Source: an uncultured Enterobacteriaceae bacterium
Lineage (GTDB): Bacteria; Desulfobacterota; Binatia; Bin18
Assembly (NCBI GenBank): GCA_964495015.1
Contig: CAZBUD010000009.1
Span: 3,371-67,370, forward strand
Direction: 5' to 3'
Length of the DNA stretch: 64,000 nucleotides
The notes below the pieces were generated by a model. The model did not search any database. It had not been told where the DNA came from and saw nothing but the letters and a program-made list of their open reading frames with translations. The translations under genes were made by a program, and so were the position numbers. Shown in pieces: positions 61,395-64,000 of this stretch; the first letter of the stretch is position 1; each line of letters begins with the position of its first letter.

Positions 61395-62186
61395 TTGGCA
61401 GACACACAATGGAAGGAAGAGACATTGCGGGTTGGTGATGATGAACTCACGGTTGTACAGGCCGGCTCTGGAAGTCCTTTAATCGTTCTGCATGAAGAAC
61501 TTGGTCATCCTGGCATTACCCGCTGGCACGAGGAAATGGCCCGGGATCATACGGTCATGATCACGCTCTTGCCGGGATTTGGACGGAGTCCGCGTGTTGA
61601 ATGGGTGCGGGATGTGCGTGACATGGCCGGCCTGTTTGGACGTATCCTCAGAGAGCACAATCTTGCGCCAGCAAATGTCATCGGCTTCTCGCTGGGAGGC
61701 TGGATTGCCGCTGAAATGGCGGCCTGTAATGCGGCACAGTTACGGCGTCTGGTTTTAGTCGCGCCACTCGGGATTCGCCCACCCGAGGGAGATATCTGCG
61801 ATATGTTTCAGGTCACGGCAAAGGCGTATCTGGATACCAGCGTGCACAATATTGAAGGTACGCCGGAGTTCGCAAAACTGTATGGCGGAGAGCCTAACCC
61901 GGAACAGTTCGAAGCCTGGGAAGACGCCCGAGCAGAAAGTGCGCGTATTGCCTGGGTCCCGTATATGTTTAACCCGAGCTTAGGCCCCCTGCTAGAATGC
62001 AGTGATAAAGTCCAGACTTTGATTATGTGGGGTAAAGAGGACTACATCGCGCCGGTGAGCTCGGCTGAGGTCTACCATAGGTCGATCGCCGGATCGGAAC
62101 TGGTGGTTCTCGACGGGTGTGGCCACCGTCCCGAGGTTGAGCAAGCGGATGCGTTTGTTGCCAAGGTTCGCAGCTTCCTGGCGTAA
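61395..62186 (+). CDS. Alpha/beta fold hydrolase
   Basis: AGGAGG RBS + TTG at 61395; LHEELG, GFSLGG elbow, GHRPE. Confidence 0.85.
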   Translation: MADTQWKEETLRVGDDELTVVQAGSGSPLIVLHEELGHPGITRWHEEMARDHTVMITLLPGFGRSPRVEWVRDVRDMAGLFGRILREHNLAPANVIGFSLGGWIAAEMAACNAAQLRRLVLVAPLGIRPPEGDICDMFQVTAKAYLDTSVHNIEGTPEFAKLYGGEPNPEQFEAWEDARAESARIAWVPYMFNPSLGPLLECSDKVQTLIMWGKEDYIAPVSSAEVYHRSIAGSELVVLDGCGHRPEVEQADAFVAKVRSFLA

Positions 62187-62189
62187 AGA

Positions 62190-62480
62190 ACCCTGTGCCC
62201 GATCGTCCGACTGAAGGTTGATGCCCGGGCCAGCGGGGAAGGGGTGGAAATTCGAGTTGAGGATACGGGAATTGATATCCCCAAAGATCCGCTCTCAGCG
62301 ATTTTCGAGCCTTTTCGGCAGCTTGAAAATGTGTCCACACGACGTTTTAACGGGACGGGGTTGGGCCTCCATATCGTCAAACGGTTGCTCGACCTCGTCG
62401 GAGGACAGGTCACGGTAGAATGCGAAGTCGGACGCGGTTCGGCCTTCTGGGTCTGGGCGCCGACCGGATACAATAAAATC
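62190..62480 (+). pseudogene. Orphan HATPase_c fragment of a histidine kinase
   Basis: VEDTGIDIP (G1), IFEPFRQ (F), GTGLGLHIVKRL (G2), GRGSAF. No HisKA or N box upstream. The end coordinate is approximate. Confidence 0.7.
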
Positions 62481-62537
62481 GGCCAAAACGATACGGAAGA
62501 TACGAACGTATCCTCCCAGGAGCAAAAATTATCGACA

Positions 62538-63689
62538 TTACCGGTAGGACGTGTATTCCCGACCGAAGGCTTCCCTGGCGACAATGCCCTTCATAATCTC
62601 TGGGGTTCCGTCCCCGATTTCGAGCCCGACGACATCCCGCCAGCGCTGTTCTAGCGGGACGTCCATATTGTAGCCGTAATGGCCGTGCAAGATCATGCAG
62701 GCGTGAATGGCTTCGGCTGACACCTTGGGACCCAGCCATTTGGACATAGCTGCCTCTTTGGTGTGCTTGAGGCCCTGGTCCTTTAACCACAAACATTTAT
62801 ATGACACCAAGCGTGCGGATTCGAGCATGGTCAAATACTCGGCGACTTGAAACGCCACCCCCTCGAACGTAGCCAGAGGCTTGCCAAAGACCTTCCTGCC
62901 CTTGGTGTACTCAATCGTTTCATCAATGGACTGCTGCGCGGCGCCAACGCAGGCCAGGCCAATGATTGCGCGGTTGAAATCAAAGGCGACCATAGCCTGA
63001 TAAAAACCTTTGCCTTCTTCTCCGAGCAGGTTGCGGGCGGGAATGCGCACGCCGTCAAAAAATAATGAGCCGCGTTGGGTCAAACGTTCCCCTGGAGTCT
63101 GGTACACCTGGCGGGTCAGACCTGGCGCATCAAGCGGCACGAGAAAGGCGGACACGCCGCGTGCGCCGGTGTCTCCGGTCCGTGCAAAGACAATGCAGGC
63201 ATCGGCATAGCCGGCAAACGTAATCGAGGCTTTCTCTCCGCTGATGATATAGTCGTCGCCTATTTTTTCTGCACGAGTTATGATATTCGCAGCATCTGAG
63301 CCTGCGTTTGGCTCAGTCAAACCAAAGGCAATAATAGCATCGCCGGTGGCGTGTTGGGTCAACCATTCCGCCTGCACCTCGGGCTGGGCATGATCCGCTA
63401 ACAGCTCCGAGGCAATGAGGCCGAGTTGGATATATAAACTATAGTTAAAATCTCCCCGCGACAGTTCTTCGGTCATCAGCCCGCAGGTGACGTAGTCGGC
63501 CATCAGCCCGCCGAATTTCTCTGGCACGCGCAAGCCCAATATCCCCAATTGAGCGGCTTCCTTAATGAGTACGCGCGGAATCTTCTCGCCGCGATCCCAG
63601 CGGTGGTAGTTGGGTGCGAGTTTATCTTTGGCGTATTGCCGTAGGGTTTGTTGCAGCAAGAGCTGCTCTTCGGTGAAGGTAAAGTCCAT
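62538..63689 (-). CDS. Acyl-CoA dehydrogenase (cyclohexanecarboxyl-CoA dehydrogenase-like)
   Basis: MDFTFTEEQ, FGLTEPNAGSDA, ISGEKASIT, FGKPL..FEGV, RDVVGLEIGDGT. Confidence 0.9.
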   Translation of the reverse strand: MDFTFTEEQLLLQQTLRQYAKDKLAPNYHRWDRGEKIPRVLIKEAAQLGILGLRVPEKFGGLMADYVTCGLMTEELSRGDFNYSLYIQLGLIASELLADHAQPEVQAEWLTQHATGDAIIAFGLTEPNAGSDAANIITRAEKIGDDYIISGEKASITFAGYADACIVFARTGDTGARGVSAFLVPLDAPGLTRQVYQTPGERLTQRGSLFFDGVRIPARNLLGEEGKGFYQAMVAFDFNRAIIGLACVGAAQQSIDETIEYTKGRKVFGKPLATFEGVAFQVAEYLTMLESARLVSYKCLWLKDQGLKHTKEAAMSKWLGPKVSAEAIHACMILHGHYGYNMDVPLEQRWRDVVGLEIGDGTPEIMKGIVAREAFGREYTSYR

Positions 63690-63700
63690 ACCCAGTATCC

Positions 63701-64000
63701 TTATGAATTAGACCGCCGCAAGAAAGAGGCAGGCAGGAGACGGATTGCACGTTTGAGGCGCCCGGTCTGAAAGAGCAGAACCACGAGCGTGATCCAGAAC
63801 ACGTGCACCCCGATAGCCGCTACCCAAAGAAACCAGGCCAGCTTTTGAAAGACGGCAGCCAGCAGAATAAAGATCGAATAATCGCGGCTGACCAAGCTGG
63901 AAATCATCTTTTCGAGGAGCTGGTTTTGCCACGCCGTCGACTGTTCCCCGAGTGTGTCGGTTTTCTGTGCGATCAGGACGCAGGGAAAAGAAAAAACGGT
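63701..64000 (-). CDS. C-terminal part of a membrane protein, probably CDP-alcohol phosphatidyltransferase family; runs off the right edge
   Basis: The frame is open from base 64000: ...LEKMISSLVSRDYSIFILLAAVFQKLAWFLWVAAIG. The RD-hydrophobic tail pattern fits this family. Confidence 0.5.
   Translation of the reverse strand, partial: TVFSFPCVLIAQKTDTLGEQSTAWQNQLLEKMISSLVSRDYSIFILLAAVFQKLAWFLWVAAIGVHVFWITLVVLLFQTGRLKRAIRLLPASFLRRSNS

Noticed and set aside
1-64000. CRISPR array, rRNA/tRNA genes, intact IS or prophage; also the many 60-200 aa overlapping ORFs in the track
   Set aside because: No regularly spaced direct repeats, RNA-gene hallmarks, transposase, integrase or phage genes were seen by eye. 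The short ORFs are shadow frames of better-supported genes.

Overview
A 64-kb bacterial chromosomal window with no rRNA, tRNA, CRISPR array or intact transposase found. Gene content includes 4 luciferase-like monooxygenases, many CoA-dependent catabolic enzymes, pspF/pspABC, clpS-clpA, an MlaE/F/D-PqiC-type transporter and a fumC-LysR-mdh-frdABCD cluster. This resembles Deltaproteobacteria-like or Binatota-type heterotrophs (inference only). Main highlights: (1) an unannotated 78-codon glutaredoxin/NrdH-like ORF (52528-52764, minus strand) that the ORF track misses. It has an in-frame TGA at the redox-active position (T-U-A-P-C) followed by a bacterial-type SECIS hairpin, so it is very probably a selenoprotein. 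(2) A tandem triplication of secreted cytochrome c + PQQ quinohemoprotein dehydrogenases with diverged active-site loops, separated by homologous REP doublets. (3) Several enzymes with altered catalytic motifs: an Ltp2-like Cys-less thiolase fold, a complementary MaoC pair and a HisI lacking the DCDxD aspartates. (4) About a dozen decaying accessory genes and many REP-like palindromes. All calls come from reading the sequence and recognising motifs; no database searches were run.
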